The notes under the pieces: model-generated | The model's input: the letters and a program-made list of their open reading frames with translations, nothing else | Database searches by the model: none | What the model was told of the DNA's origin: nothing | Shown here: positions 20,599-32,684 of the stretch, one piece after another | Layout: each line of letters begins with the position of its first letter | How positions within the stretch are numbered: the first letter of the stretch is position 1 | Program-made: the position numbers and the translations under genes | Source: Anaeramoeba ignava BMAN | Taxonomy: Eukaryota; Protista; Anaeramoebae | Assembly: GCA_028826165.1 (NCBI GenBank) | Contig: JAPDFW010000087.1 | Span: 124,001-188,000, forward strand | Direction of reading: 5' to 3' | DNA length: 64,000 bases

Positions 20599-21288
20599 TC
20601 ATTTTTTGTTATTTCCAGTTAAAGATCGTTTCTTTCCCAAAAAAGCATCAGCTTCTTCTTGAGGAGTTAAAGAGAGTTTGTCATCAACGAAATTAATACT
20701 TGGTTTTTTAGGATTCAAATTTTCAATATCCAGATCATCATCATTATCATCATCATCAAAATTAGGATGAATATCATCAGAAGATTTAGTATCAATATCA
20801 AGAGGAGCTTGATTCAAAAGATTGATAATATCTCTTTGAGAGCGGTGTTGTTGAACGGAAGAATTACCGATGGGTTTTTTATTTGGATCTCTAGTTGATC
20901 TTCTTCTAAATAAATTTTTCTTTTGATTTTCATTTGATTTATTTTTTTTTTGAATTGGATCTGATTCAATTAATCCAAATTCATCAGGAGTTTTTCCGAT
21001 TCCAAATTTGAAAAAGCATAATGTTGTGTGTGAAACCACATTCTGTTCTGTTCCTGTGTAAATGATATCGTTGTGATAAAGAATTTTTGTCTCGTTTTTT
21101 CTCACCATAATTGAATCATGATTTGAACGTAAAATTAAACAAAATGATGAACTTGATAAGTTTTTAATCCAAAATCGATTGTTTTTCATCCAGATTTGAC
21201 ATTGTTTTCTTGATACAGAGTTGTCTGCTTGAGCTGAAAGGAAAACTTTGTTTGGGTTTGATTGATTCAGATTAATTTTAAATGTTTC
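20599..21288 (-). CDS. FHA-domain-like protein, main exon (5' exon(s) probably at ~22030-22200, unresolved)
   Basis: AG acceptor at 21290-21289, then DNSVSRKQCQIWMKNNRFWIKNLSS..ILYHNDIIYTG (degenerate FHA); a candidate upstream exon (..EHSFCYSLLEK) ends at a GT donor at 22030. Confidence 0.6.
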   Translation of the reverse strand, partial: ETFKINLNQSNPNKVFLSAQADNSVSRKQCQIWMKNNRFWIKNLSSSSFCLILRSNHDSIMVRKNETKILYHNDIIYTGTEQNVVSHTTLCFFKFGIGKTPDEFGLIESDPIQKKNKSNENQKKNLFRRRSTRDPNKKPIGNSSVQQHRSQRDIINLLNQAPLDIDTKSSDDIHPNFDDDDNDDDLDIENLNPKKPSINFVDDKLSLTPQEEADAFLGKKRSLTGNNKK

Positions 21289-21294
21289 CTTTTG

Positions 21295-21960
21295 AGATTA
21301 AATTAAAATTCATTTATAAAAATAAAAATAAAATTCATTTATAAATTAAAATTAAAATTAATATTAAAATTAAAATTAAAATTAAAATTAAAATTTAAAT
21401 CAAAATTAAAATTAAAATTAAAATTATAAATTAAAATTTAAATTAAAATTAAAATTAAAATTAAAATTAAAATTAAAATTAAAAATAAAATTCAAATTAA
21501 AATTAAAATTCATTTATAAATTAAAATTAAAATTAAAATTAAAATTATAAATTAAAATTAAATTTAAAATTAAAAATTAAAATTAAAATTAAAATCAAAA
21601 TTAAAATTCATTTATAAATTAAAAATTAAAATTAAAATTAAAATTCAAATTATAAATAAACTTTTTCATTTAAAAATTAAAATAAAAAAAAATTGTGTTC
21701 ATTCTAAAATTAAAATTAAAATAAATTTAATTAAAATCAAAGGTTAAAATTCATTTAGGAAATTAAAATTAAAATTAAAATTAAAATTAAATTTTTTCAT
21801 GAAGAGATTAAAATTGAAATTAAATTAATTAAAATTTAGTTATTAAAAATTAAAATTAAAATTAAATAAAAATTAAAATTAAAATTGGTGTCTTGTTAAA
21901 ATTAAAATTAAAATTTAAATCATTTTAAAAAAAAAATTATAAATTAAAAGCAAAAATGAA
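21295..21960. repeat. Intronic (AAAATT)n microsatellite
   Basis: Near-continuous AAAATT hexamers. Confidence 0.8.
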
Positions 21961-22455
21961 AAATAAAATTTAAATTTAATTTTTAAAATTCTTTTTCTTT
22001 TTAAAAATAAAAAAAAAATAATAAATGCACTTTTTCTAATAATGAATAACAAAAACTGTGTTCATCTCTTCCAAATAAAATAAAAATTTAGGTTTTAAAA
22101 ATTAAAAAAAAAAAATGAAAAAATGAAAATGAAAAAGAAAAACTAAAAATAAATCTTTAGTTATTCAAAAACAAAACAAAAACAAACATAATAAAATCAT
22201 TTTAAAAAAGAAGCAAAAATGAAAAATGAAAAATCATTTTTCTCTTCTTTTTCAAAATTTTTAAACAAAAACAACCAAAACAAAATCAAAAACAAAAACA
22301 AAAACAAAAACAAAAACAAAATCAAAAACAAAAACAAAAACAAAAACAAAAACAAAATCAAAAACAAAAACAAAAACAAAAACAAAAACAAAAAAAACAA
22401 AAAAATGATTCGAAATTTCAATTCATTTTAAAAAAAAATTTTTTTAATGATTTAG

Positions 22456-25246
22456 GTTGAATTGGATAATTAGCTTTATAATAATTTTTTTTATTGTAAG
22501 TGTGGAATCACAAACCTGTGTTTGGAATACAACAACACATACTTACAACTTAACAACGGCACGCAAAACTGGGGATAATTATCAATATTATGATGTTGAT
22601 GCAATTACTCGATATTTTTTTAATCTTTGTGGTCCTTTATTTGATATTACTAATACTACTTGTCCTTGTTGTATTAATTTAGATAATTATACTGGTTTTT
22701 CTTATGATATGAATACTAGTTGTGTTGCTTGGGGTTCTACTAATTATAACGAATCTTATCAATATATTGGTAAATAAAATTAAAATTAAAATTAAAATTA
22801 AAATTAAAATTAAAATTAAAATTAAAATTTAAAATTAAAATTAAAATTAAAATTAAAATTAAAATTAATATTAAAATTAAAATTTAAATTAAAATTATAA
22901 TTAAAATTCAAATTAAAATTAAAATTAAAATTAAAATTAAAATTAAAATTAAAATTAAAATTATAATTAAAATTATAATTAAAATAAAAATTAATATTAA
23001 AATTAAAATCAAAATTTAAATTAAAATAGATGATAACTCAACTGGAATTGGAATCGTTTTAACTTATAAACTTATGTCAGGAAATACAGTTACCAAAACA
23101 ATGTCTTACAATTTATTTTGTCATGAAACAGAACATTTCTCAATCATTTCAGTTTTTCAATTAGATACAAGCCCACCATCATTACACATTAATGTAGCAT
23201 CATTATTAGCTTGTTTAGATCCAACACCTTCACCTGAACCATCACCAACTCCTGATCCAACACTTTGTAAAACAATGTTATCAAATGAATTATACAATCT
23301 TCTTGCTTTGAAGAATCAATACACTTATTACAATACTTTAATTGCTTCAACATTTTATCTTGGTGTTTGTCAAAATGTTATTGATGTCTCATCTTGTCCT
23401 GTAAATATTTAAATATTTCAAAAATTCAAAAAAAATTCAAAAACATGAAATATTCAAAAATAATTTCAAAAAAAAATAAATTTAGTGTTGTGCTGCAAAT
23501 ACATCAACTGGTTGGATGATGGATAGTAATGGATCTTGTGATCAATTAGGTCTTTTAAACACTTCTACATATACTAGTTTACCAGGAAGTGAAGATCCAA
23601 ATGATGGAATTGCTTTAAAATATCAAATGTTAACACCTTTAGGTCATGTTACTCACACATTACGTTTTGATTTTATTTGTGAACCAGATACTCATTCACG
23701 TAAATAATTTTTAATAATCTAATTAATAAAGAATTTATTTAAGAATTATTAATGATTTGAAAAATATTTATATTTAATTCAAAAATGGATAAATAGCTTA
23801 TTTAATTGATGTTTTTGAGAATAATGATATAACACCACATATAACCGAAGCAACTTTTATAACTGCAGCTGGTAATTTTCCAAAAACATTTAAAAATAAT
23901 CAAAATAATCAAAAATATTCAAAAATAATCAAAATAATCAAAATATTCCAAAACATGAAATAATCAAATAATCAAAAATATTCAAAACATTTAAAAATAA
24001 TCAAAATATTCAAAATATTTAAAAAATATTTCAAAAATATTCAAAAATATTTCAAAAATATTCAAAAATATTTCAAAAATATTCAAAAATATTTCAAAAA
24101 TATTCAAAAATATTTCAAAAATATTCAAAAACATTTAAAAATAATCAAAACATTTAAAAATAATCAAAATATTTCAAAACATTTCCAAAACATGAAATAA
24201 TCAAATAATCAAAAATATTCAAAAATATTCAAAAATATTCAAAATATTTCAAAAATAATCAAAAATAATCAAAAACATTTAAAAAATATTTAAAATAATC
24301 AAAACATTTAAAATTATTAAAATTATTAAAAATATTTCAAAAATAATCAAAAATATAAAATAATCAAAATATTCCAAAACATGAAATTCAAAAATAATCA
24401 AAATATTTCAAAACATGAAATAATCAAAAATATTCAAAAATATTCAAAAACAATCAAAAATATTTCAAAACATTTCCAAATATTTCAAAAATATTCAAAA
24501 CTATGAAATAATCAAAATATTCCAAAACATTTAAAATTATTAAAATTATTCAAAATTATTAAAATTATTAAAAATATTTCAAAAATATTTCAAAAATATT
24601 CAAAAATATTCAAAATATCAAAAATATAAAATAATCAAAATAATCAAAATAATCAAAATATTTCAAAACATTTAAAAATATTTAAAAAACATTCAAAAAT
24701 ATTTCAAAAATAATCAAAAATAATCAAAAATAATCAAAAATAATCAAAACTAATCAAAAATATTTAAAAAATATTTCAAAAATATTCCAAAAATATTCCA
24801 AAACATTTCAAAAATAATCAAAAATAATCAAAAATATGAAATTAGCTTGTCCAATGGATCCATTTTCACCATGCCCAACACCATCACCATGCCCTTCATG
24901 TTCACCATGTCCAACTGCATCACCTTGTCCATCAGCATCACCTTGTCCATCATGTTCTCCAATACCATCACAATCACCATGCCCAACAGCATCACCTTGT
25001 GTATCAGCATCACCTTGTCCAACTGCATCACCTTGTTATTCATGTTATCCTTGGCCTTCTACTTGGCCTTGTGATTCTCCTTCTCCTTGTCCAGTTATTA
25101 CTTCACAATCTTCTTCTTCTGGTCTTAATAGAGGTTATACTTTCCTTACTGTTGCTATTATTGGTGCTGCTGCTTTTGTTGGTGGTTGGTTTTTCCAAAA
25201 ATATAAAAAATCTCCAAATAAAAATACCGTTTATCAAGAATTATAA
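22456..25246 (+). CDS. Type I membrane protein with two MRH (mannose-6-phosphate receptor homology/ATG27-like) domains, SPCP stalk, TM helix and YxxL tail; start codon unresolved
   Basis: Exons 22456-22769, 23030-23400, 23486-23699, 23797-23871, 24846-25246. Signal-peptide-like N-terminus; two repeats of the C..YNL..Y.F(N/G).C..C..G..GI.L.Y..F.C..AC pattern; TM FLTVAIIGAAAFVGGWFF; ends YQEL. Confidence 0.75.
23872..24843. repeat. Intronic microsatellite (AAAAATATTC/AAAATAATC type)
   Basis: Degenerate 9-11-bp repeats between donor 23872 and acceptor 24845. Confidence 0.8.
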
Positions 25247-25786
25247 ACAAAATTCAGAATCAAAATCAAAATCAAAATCAAAATCAAAATCAAAATCAAA
25301 TTCAAATTCAAAAATCAAAATCAAATTCAAATTCAAATTCAAATTCAAATTCAAAATTCAAAAAATCAAAATTAAATTCAAAATCAAAATCAAAATTTAA
25401 ATCAAAATCAAAATTCAAAAACAAAATCAAATTCAAAAATCAAAATCAAAAATCAAATTTAAATCAAAATCAAAATTTAATTTAGTTTTCATTCAAATTT
25501 CTTTTTTTTTTAATTCTTTCTCATTTAATCATTCTTTTCTTTCTAATAATAAAACAAAACAAAAATAAAACAATAAAAATTTTTTCTTTTTTTTTTCGTT
25601 TTTGAATTTATTTAATTTCTTTTCTAAAAATGTAGAATTTCTTCAAAAATTATCAATTATCAATTATTTTAATTATTTTTTTTTAAAAAGAAGGAAAGAA
25701 AGAAAGAAAGAAAGAAAGAAAATGTAAAAATTTTATGAAAGAAATTTGATTTAAATTTTTTTTTGGAATAGAATTAAAAAATTTGT

Positions 25787-26207
25787 TTAATTAGTTTCAC
25801 GAAGACGACGAATTGTACTTCTTGCAGTAATAGCAGATGTAGTACTAAATTAAAATAGATTTTTTTAAATTAATTTTTTAATTTAAATTTTTAAATTGAT
25901 TTTTTTTAAATTGAATTTTTAAATTAAATTTTTTAAATTGATTTTTTTTAAATTTAAATTTTTAATTTAAATTGATTTCAAATTTTATTTACGTTAAAGT
26001 ATATGCTCCACCAGCAATAGTTTTATAACAAGATTTACACTTCCAAATTCCAACTGCAGATCTTTTAATTGATTCTTTTCCACAAAAAGGACATAAATAT
26101 TTTGAATGTTGTGTAATTTCAATTTTTTTAATTTGTTTTCTTAAACTTGAACCATATCTTGTTCCATATTTCCCAACAATACCAACTTTTTTTGTATGTC
26201 TTCCCAT
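25787..26207 (-). CDS. RPL37A: 60S ribosomal protein eL43 (L37a)
   Basis: Exons 26207-25993 and 25844-25787: [59 protein letters not shown]. Confidence 0.97.
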
Positions 26208-26379
26208 TTATATATTTTTTATTTTATTATAATTGAAAAATTAAAAGAAGAAATGTAAATAAAAATGAAAAAAAAAAAACAAAAAAAAATTTTTTTTTAT
26301 TTAAAACAAAATTACTAATTATTATTTTAAAATTATTCATTTCATTTTTAATTAATCAAAATATCTTGATTTTTAATTA

Positions 26380-28960
26380 ATATTAATTTATAATTTATTT
26401 ATATTTTTATTATATTTTATATTTAAAAATAATTTATTTATTAATTATAATTTAAAATAGATTTATTTATTATTTTATTTTGATTAAATATTTTAATTAA
26501 CAAAATATATTTAATTTTTATTTAAAAAATTAATTAATTTATTTATATTTTTATTTATTTTATATTTTAAAAAAATTAATTTTTATTTAAATTTTTATTA
26601 ATTAATAATTTAAAATAGATTTATTTATTATTTTATTTTAATTTAAATATTTTAATTAATTTCTTTATCTTAATTTTTAATTTATATTAATTAATAATTT
26701 ATTTATATTTTTATTATATTTTTATATTTAAAAAATAATTTATTTATTAATTATAATTTAAAATAGATTTATTTATTATTTTATTTTTAATTAAATATTT
26801 TAATTAATCAAATATTTGTCTTAATTTTTAATTAATTTAATTTATTTATATTTTTATTTATTTATATTTTTATTATATTTTATATTTAAAAATAATTTAT
26901 TTATTAATTATAATTTTTAAAAATAGATTTATTTATTATTTTATTTTAATTAAATATTTTAATTTTTAATATTTTATTTTATTTTTAATTTATATTAATT
27001 AATAATTTATTTATATTTTTATTCTATTTTATATTTTAAAAACAATTTATTTATTAATTATAATTTAAAATAGATTTATTTATTATTTTTATTTTTAATT
27101 AAAATATTTTAATTAATATTTTATCTTTATTTTTAATTAATATTAATTAATAATTTATTTATATTTTTATTATATTTCATATTTAAAAATAATTTTATTT
27201 ATTTAATTATAATTTTTAAAATAGATTTTATTTATTATTTTTATTTTTAATTAAATATTTTAATTAATATTTTATCTTAATTTTTAATTTATATTAATTT
27301 ATAATTTATTTATATTTTTATTCTATTTTATATTTAAAAACACTTTATTTATTAATTATAATTTAAAAATAGATTTATTTATTATTTTATTTTAATTAAA
27401 TATTTTAATTAATCAAATATCTTAATTTTTAATTAATATTAATTAATAATTTATTTATATTTTTATTATATTTCATATTTAAAAAATAATTTATTTATTA
27501 ATTATAATTTAAAATAGATTTATTTATTATTTTATTTTAATTAAATATTTTAATTAATATTTTATCTTAATTTTTAATTAATATTAATTAATAATTTATT
27601 TATATTTTTATTCTATTTTATATTTAAAAAATAATTTATTTATTAATTATAATTTAAAATAGATTTATTTATTATTTTATTTTTGATTAAATATTTTAAT
27701 TAATAATTTTATCTTAATTTTTAATTTATATTAATTTATAATTTATTTATATTTTTATTCTATTTTTATATTTTAAAAATTAATTTATTTATTAATTATA
27801 ATTTAAAAATAGATTTATTTATTATTTTATTTTTAATTAAATATTTTAATTAATCAAATATCTTTATTTTTAATTAATATTAATTTATAATTTATTTATA
27901 TTTTTATTATATTTTATATTTAAAAAAATAATTTATTGATTAATTATAATTTAAAATAGATTTATTTATTATTTTATTTTGATTAAATATTTTAATTAAT
28001 CAAATATCTTAATTTTTAATTAATATTAATTAATAATTTATTTATATTTTTATTCTATTTTATATTTAAAAACACTTTATTTATTAATTATAATTTAAAA
28101 TAGATTTATTTATTATTTTATTTTAATTAAATATTTTTAATTAATAATTTATCTTAATTTTTAATTAATATTAATTAATAATTTATTTATATTTTTATTC
28201 TATTTTTATATTTAAAAACACTTTATTTATTAATTATAATTTAAAATAGATTTATTTATTATTTTATTTTGATTAAATATTTTAATTAACAAAATATCTT
28301 AATTTTTAATTAATATTAATTTATAATTTATTAATATTTTTATTATATTTTATATTTAAAAATAATTTATTTATTAATTATAATTTAAAATAGATTTATT
28401 TATTATTTTATTTTAATTAAATATTTTTAATTAATCAAATATCTTTATTTTTAATTAATATTAATTTATAATTTATTTATATTTTTATTCTATTTTATAT
28501 TTAAAAACAATTTATTTATTAATTATAATTTAAAATAGATTTATTTATTATTTTATTTTGATTAAATATTTTAATTAATATTTTATCTTTAATTTTTAAT
28601 TAATATTAATTTTATAATTTATTTATATTTTTATTCTATTTATTTTATATTTAAAAATAATTTATTTATTAGATATAATTTAAAATAGATTTATTTATTA
28701 TTTTATTTTTATTAAATATTTTAATTAATATTTTATCTTAATTTTTAATTAATATTAATTAATAATTTATTTATATTTTTATTATATTTTATATTTAAAA
28801 ATAATTTATTTATTAATTATAATTTAAAATAGATTTATTTATTATTTTATTTTGATTAAATATTTTAATTAATATTTTATCTTTATTTTTAATTAATATT
28901 AATTTATAATTTATTTATATTTTTATTATATTTTATATTTAAAAAACACTTTATTTATTG
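26380..28960. repeat. Intergenic satellite, ~145-150-bp unit, ~17 copies
   Basis: AAAATAGATTTATTTATTATT recurs from ~26454 to ~28825 at ~143-160-bp spacing. Confidence 0.9.
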
Positions 28961-28980
28961 AATGAAAATAAAAATAAAAA

Positions 28981-29452
28981 TCATTTTCGAAATAAATCAA
29001 CAAAACATTCTGTTGATTTTACAACAGAATTTGGATTAATTTTCTTTGGAAAAAGTAAAAAAAACACCAATAGGAGTATTTGATAAAATAAGACCTTTTT
29101 TCCTTCTTTTTGTTAAAGCAAGAACAGAACTCATTTTTGCAAAAATTACAACATAATGATCTCCATTTAAATCAAAAGAAGTTTTTCCATTTAAACTTAA
29201 ATTTTCTTTTAAATTTTGATTTGTATCAATTTCTGGTTCAATAAATAATTTCTGAATAATTTGTAAATATTTTTTAACATCTGAATCAAAATGAAAATCT
29301 TCAATAGAATGAGCATAAATAAATTTTTCTAATTGAATATTTACAACTAAAACTGCAGAAATTGAATTTATTTTTGAATTTGGATTATTTTTTGGAAAGA
29401 AATGATTTGATATTAAATTATTGAATTTTTTTGATTTATTTGTTGAATTCAT
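28981..29452 (-). CDS. Divergent profilin-like protein (apparent 1-nt frameshift near 29040)
   Basis: SFDLNGDHYVVIFAKMSSVLALTKRRKKGLILSNTPIGVFF resembles profilin strands; removing one A at ~29040 adds a helix INPNSVVKSTECFVDLFRK* like the profilin C-terminal helix. Confidence 0.55.
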
Positions 29453-29630
29453 TTAATTTAAAAATAAAATAAAAGAAAAAAATGATTTTGAAAATAAATC
29501 TTGATTTATTTTTTTTTTTGATAATATTTTTTAAAAAAAAAAGGGAAAGCAAAAAAAAAGTGGACGATCTTAAAATATTGAGAAATTAAAAAATTTTTCT
29601 TTTGTTTTTCGTTTTTCAAATTAAATTAAA

Positions 29631-32183
29631 TTAAATTCGAATTTCGTAAGAATTTTTTATTGAGCAAGTTAAGTATCTAACCCAAGGAAGAACTTCATAA
29701 CCGCTTTTTTCATGAACTTTAAGATATTTAATAACCATTCCAGAAACGGTTTGACCAGGAATTTCGAATTCTACAGTAACAGGTCTTTTCTCATCATTTG
29801 GTTCTCCTTTAAAAGACGATAAACCGAAATGAGCGCGAAGTAAATATTCTTTTTTTCCTGAGAAGGCCTTAATGTTCCAATCCATGGAATCGATTTTTGG
29901 AGCATAAATGCATTTGCCTTTTGTTGTTTTGATTTTTGGAGAATCAGCGTCTTTTAAAACTGGAATATAAACATGAACATTTCTTGCGGTGAATTTTTCT
30001 CGAAAGAATGACCGCACTTTAACTAGATACTCAATTCGTGATCCTGGATGTTTCTCTGTTACACATTCAACTAAGGAATACTGGTCTTGATGTTTTGGAG
30101 ATTCGATATGACATCAATTCAAATTCTCCATCAGGTGGTACAAATGTAAATGATGAATCAGATTTTATTTTTGATACTTTAACGCATGAATGAAGTTTGA
30201 CATCATCCACTTCAATTTTCTTTTTAGCTTTTTCTTTTTCTTTAATTTTTGAATCAAATTTTTAATTTTAATTTTAATTTTGAAATGAATTTTAATTTTC
30301 ATTTGAATTTTAATTTTAATTTTAATTTTGAAATGAATTTTTAAATTAATTTTAATTTTAATTTTTAATTTTAATTTTAATTTTAATTTTGATTTTAATT
30401 TGAATTTTGAAATGAATTTTTTATTTTAATTTTAATTTTAATTTTAATTTTAATTTTAATTTTGATTTTAATTTTAATTTTAATTTTAATTTTAATTTTA
30501 ATATGAATTTTTATTTTAATTTTAATTTTAATATGAATTTTTAAAAAATTACCAACTGCTTCTTTATGTAAAAAGAAAAAATTATCACTTAAACCAAAAT
30601 GAACAGTAGGCATTCCTGAAAGTTTAGAAATAATATTAACTTTTCCAATAATTTCCGAACTAAAAAATAATAAATTAAATATTGAATTGAATTAAATTGA
30701 ATTGAATTAAATTAAATTAAATATTGAATTGAATATTGAATATTAAATATTGAATTAAATATTAAATTAAATATTAAATTAAATATTAAATTGAATTGAA
30801 TTGAATTGAATTGAATTGAATTGAATATTAAATATTAAATATTAAATATTGAATTGAATTGAATATTAAATATTAAATATTAAATTAAATATTGAATTAA
30901 ATTGAATTAAATTGAATTAAATTGAATTAAATATTAAATTAAATTAAATTAAATTAAATATTGAATTAAATTGAATTAAATATTGAATTAATAAAATTAA
31001 AATTGAATATTGAATTGAATTGAATTGAAATTAAATATTAAATATTAAAATTAAAATTGAATTAAATATTAAATTGGAATTGAATTGAATTGAATTAAAT
31101 TAAATTAAATTAAATGAATTAAATTAAATATTAAATTAAATTAAATTAAAATTAAATATTGAAATATTGAATATTAAATATTGAATTGAATTGAATTGAA
31201 TTGAATTAAATTGAATTAAATTGAATTGAATTGAATTGAATTGAATTGAATTGAATATTAAATTGAATTAAATATTAAATATTGAATATTGAATTAAATA
31301 TTGAATATTAAATTGAATTGAATTGAATTGAATTGAATTAAATTAAATTAAATTAAATTAAATTAAATTGAATTAAATTAAATTAAATTGAATTGAATTG
31401 AATTGAATTAAATATTAAATTAAATATTAAATTGAATTGAATATTAAATTGAATTGAATATTAAATTGAATTGAATTGGATTGAATATTGAATTGAATTG
31501 AATTGATTTGAATTAAATATTAAATTGAATTGAATATTGAATTAAATTAAATTAAATTAATTCATAAAAATTCATAAAAATTCATAAAAATTGATAAAGA
31601 AATACTTGATAACTCTTCCAGTTGAATTAACAACCATTCTAATTTCCTCTATAACATCAACAAACAATTCATTTTTATTATGAATAATACCATCAGAACG
31701 CCAAGAAACTTTTCCAGTAACAGCCATAGGGATAGTTTTTGGTTCCTGTTTTTCAGGTTTATAAACCTCCGAATTAATATATTCTTGAAGAATTTTAGAC
31801 TCAGAAAATTGAGGGAAACCGAAATCCATCATTTCATCAAGAAGTTGATGAATCACAATAAAATTATCGCGAATACTTTCTTCATCAACATCGCCAAAAT
31901 AATCTTGAAAAACTTGCACTAATTTATATAAAAACTGTATTATCATAAGCATGTTGGAGTTAAGCTTCGTTGCTGCTACAAAATATAGTCCCTTGTGCTG
32001 TATGTAAGCATATGTGATTCCGTCTTCATCTTCGATTATTGGTTGCTTGTATTTTTCTTCGTCTCCGTGTATTACTTTTTGTATTACTTTCTTAATTCGT
32101 GCTATTAATAAATCCCCTCGATAATTTCGCATTATTAATATTTGTCCGTGTGGATCAAGAATGTAAATTCCTGAACAAGCCAT
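29631..32183 (-). CDS. AP1M1: AP-1 adaptor complex medium (mu) subunit (apparent frameshift at ~30075)
   Basis: Exons 32183-31606, 30659-30553, ~30239-29631. Motifs RNYRGD, EESIRDNFIVIHQLLDEMMDFGFPQ, VSWRSDGI..KNELFVDVIE, LSGMP, DDVKLHSCV, FVPPDGEFELMSYR, YEVLPWVRY. Confidence 0.92.
30665..31560. repeat. Intronic (ATTGA/ATTAA)n pentamer microsatellite
   Basis: Pentamer tract inside AP-1 mu intron 1; the same motif fills the BCAT introns at 32910-33310 and 34290-34810. Confidence 0.82.
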
Positions 32184-32684
32184 TTTATAAATGAAAAAAA
32201 ATAAAAAAAATGAAAAAATGAAAAAATGAAAAAAATGAAAAAATGAAAAAATTTAAATTTGTTTTTGTTTTTTTTGAATTGAAAAAAATTCAAAAAAAAA
32301 AAAAAAGAAAATTCAAGTTGATTTTAAAAAAAAAAGATTTGAATCAACTTTTAAACTGAAAAAAAAATTCAAAAAAAAAAGAATTTGAATTAAAAAATTA
32401 AAAGTTGATTTTGAAATGATTTGAATCAACTTTTAAACTGAAAAATCAAAAGTTGATTTTGAATTTGATTTTTGAATTTTGAATTTGATTTGATTTTAAA
32501 TTTAATTTGAATTTTGATTTGATTTTGAATTTGATTTTAATTTTGATTTGAATTTTGATTTTAATTTTGGATTTGATTTTGATTTTGATTTTGAATTTGA
32601 TTTTGATTTTGATTTTAATTTGAATTGAATTTTGATTTTAATTTTGAATCAAGTCGTTCTTCTCAAAATTCTTTCTCTTCATTT

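Noticed and set aside
22456-32183. Functional cluster of a YxxL-tailed receptor with the AP-1 mu subunit
   Set aside because: Separated by unrelated genes and a satellite; proximity is probably chance
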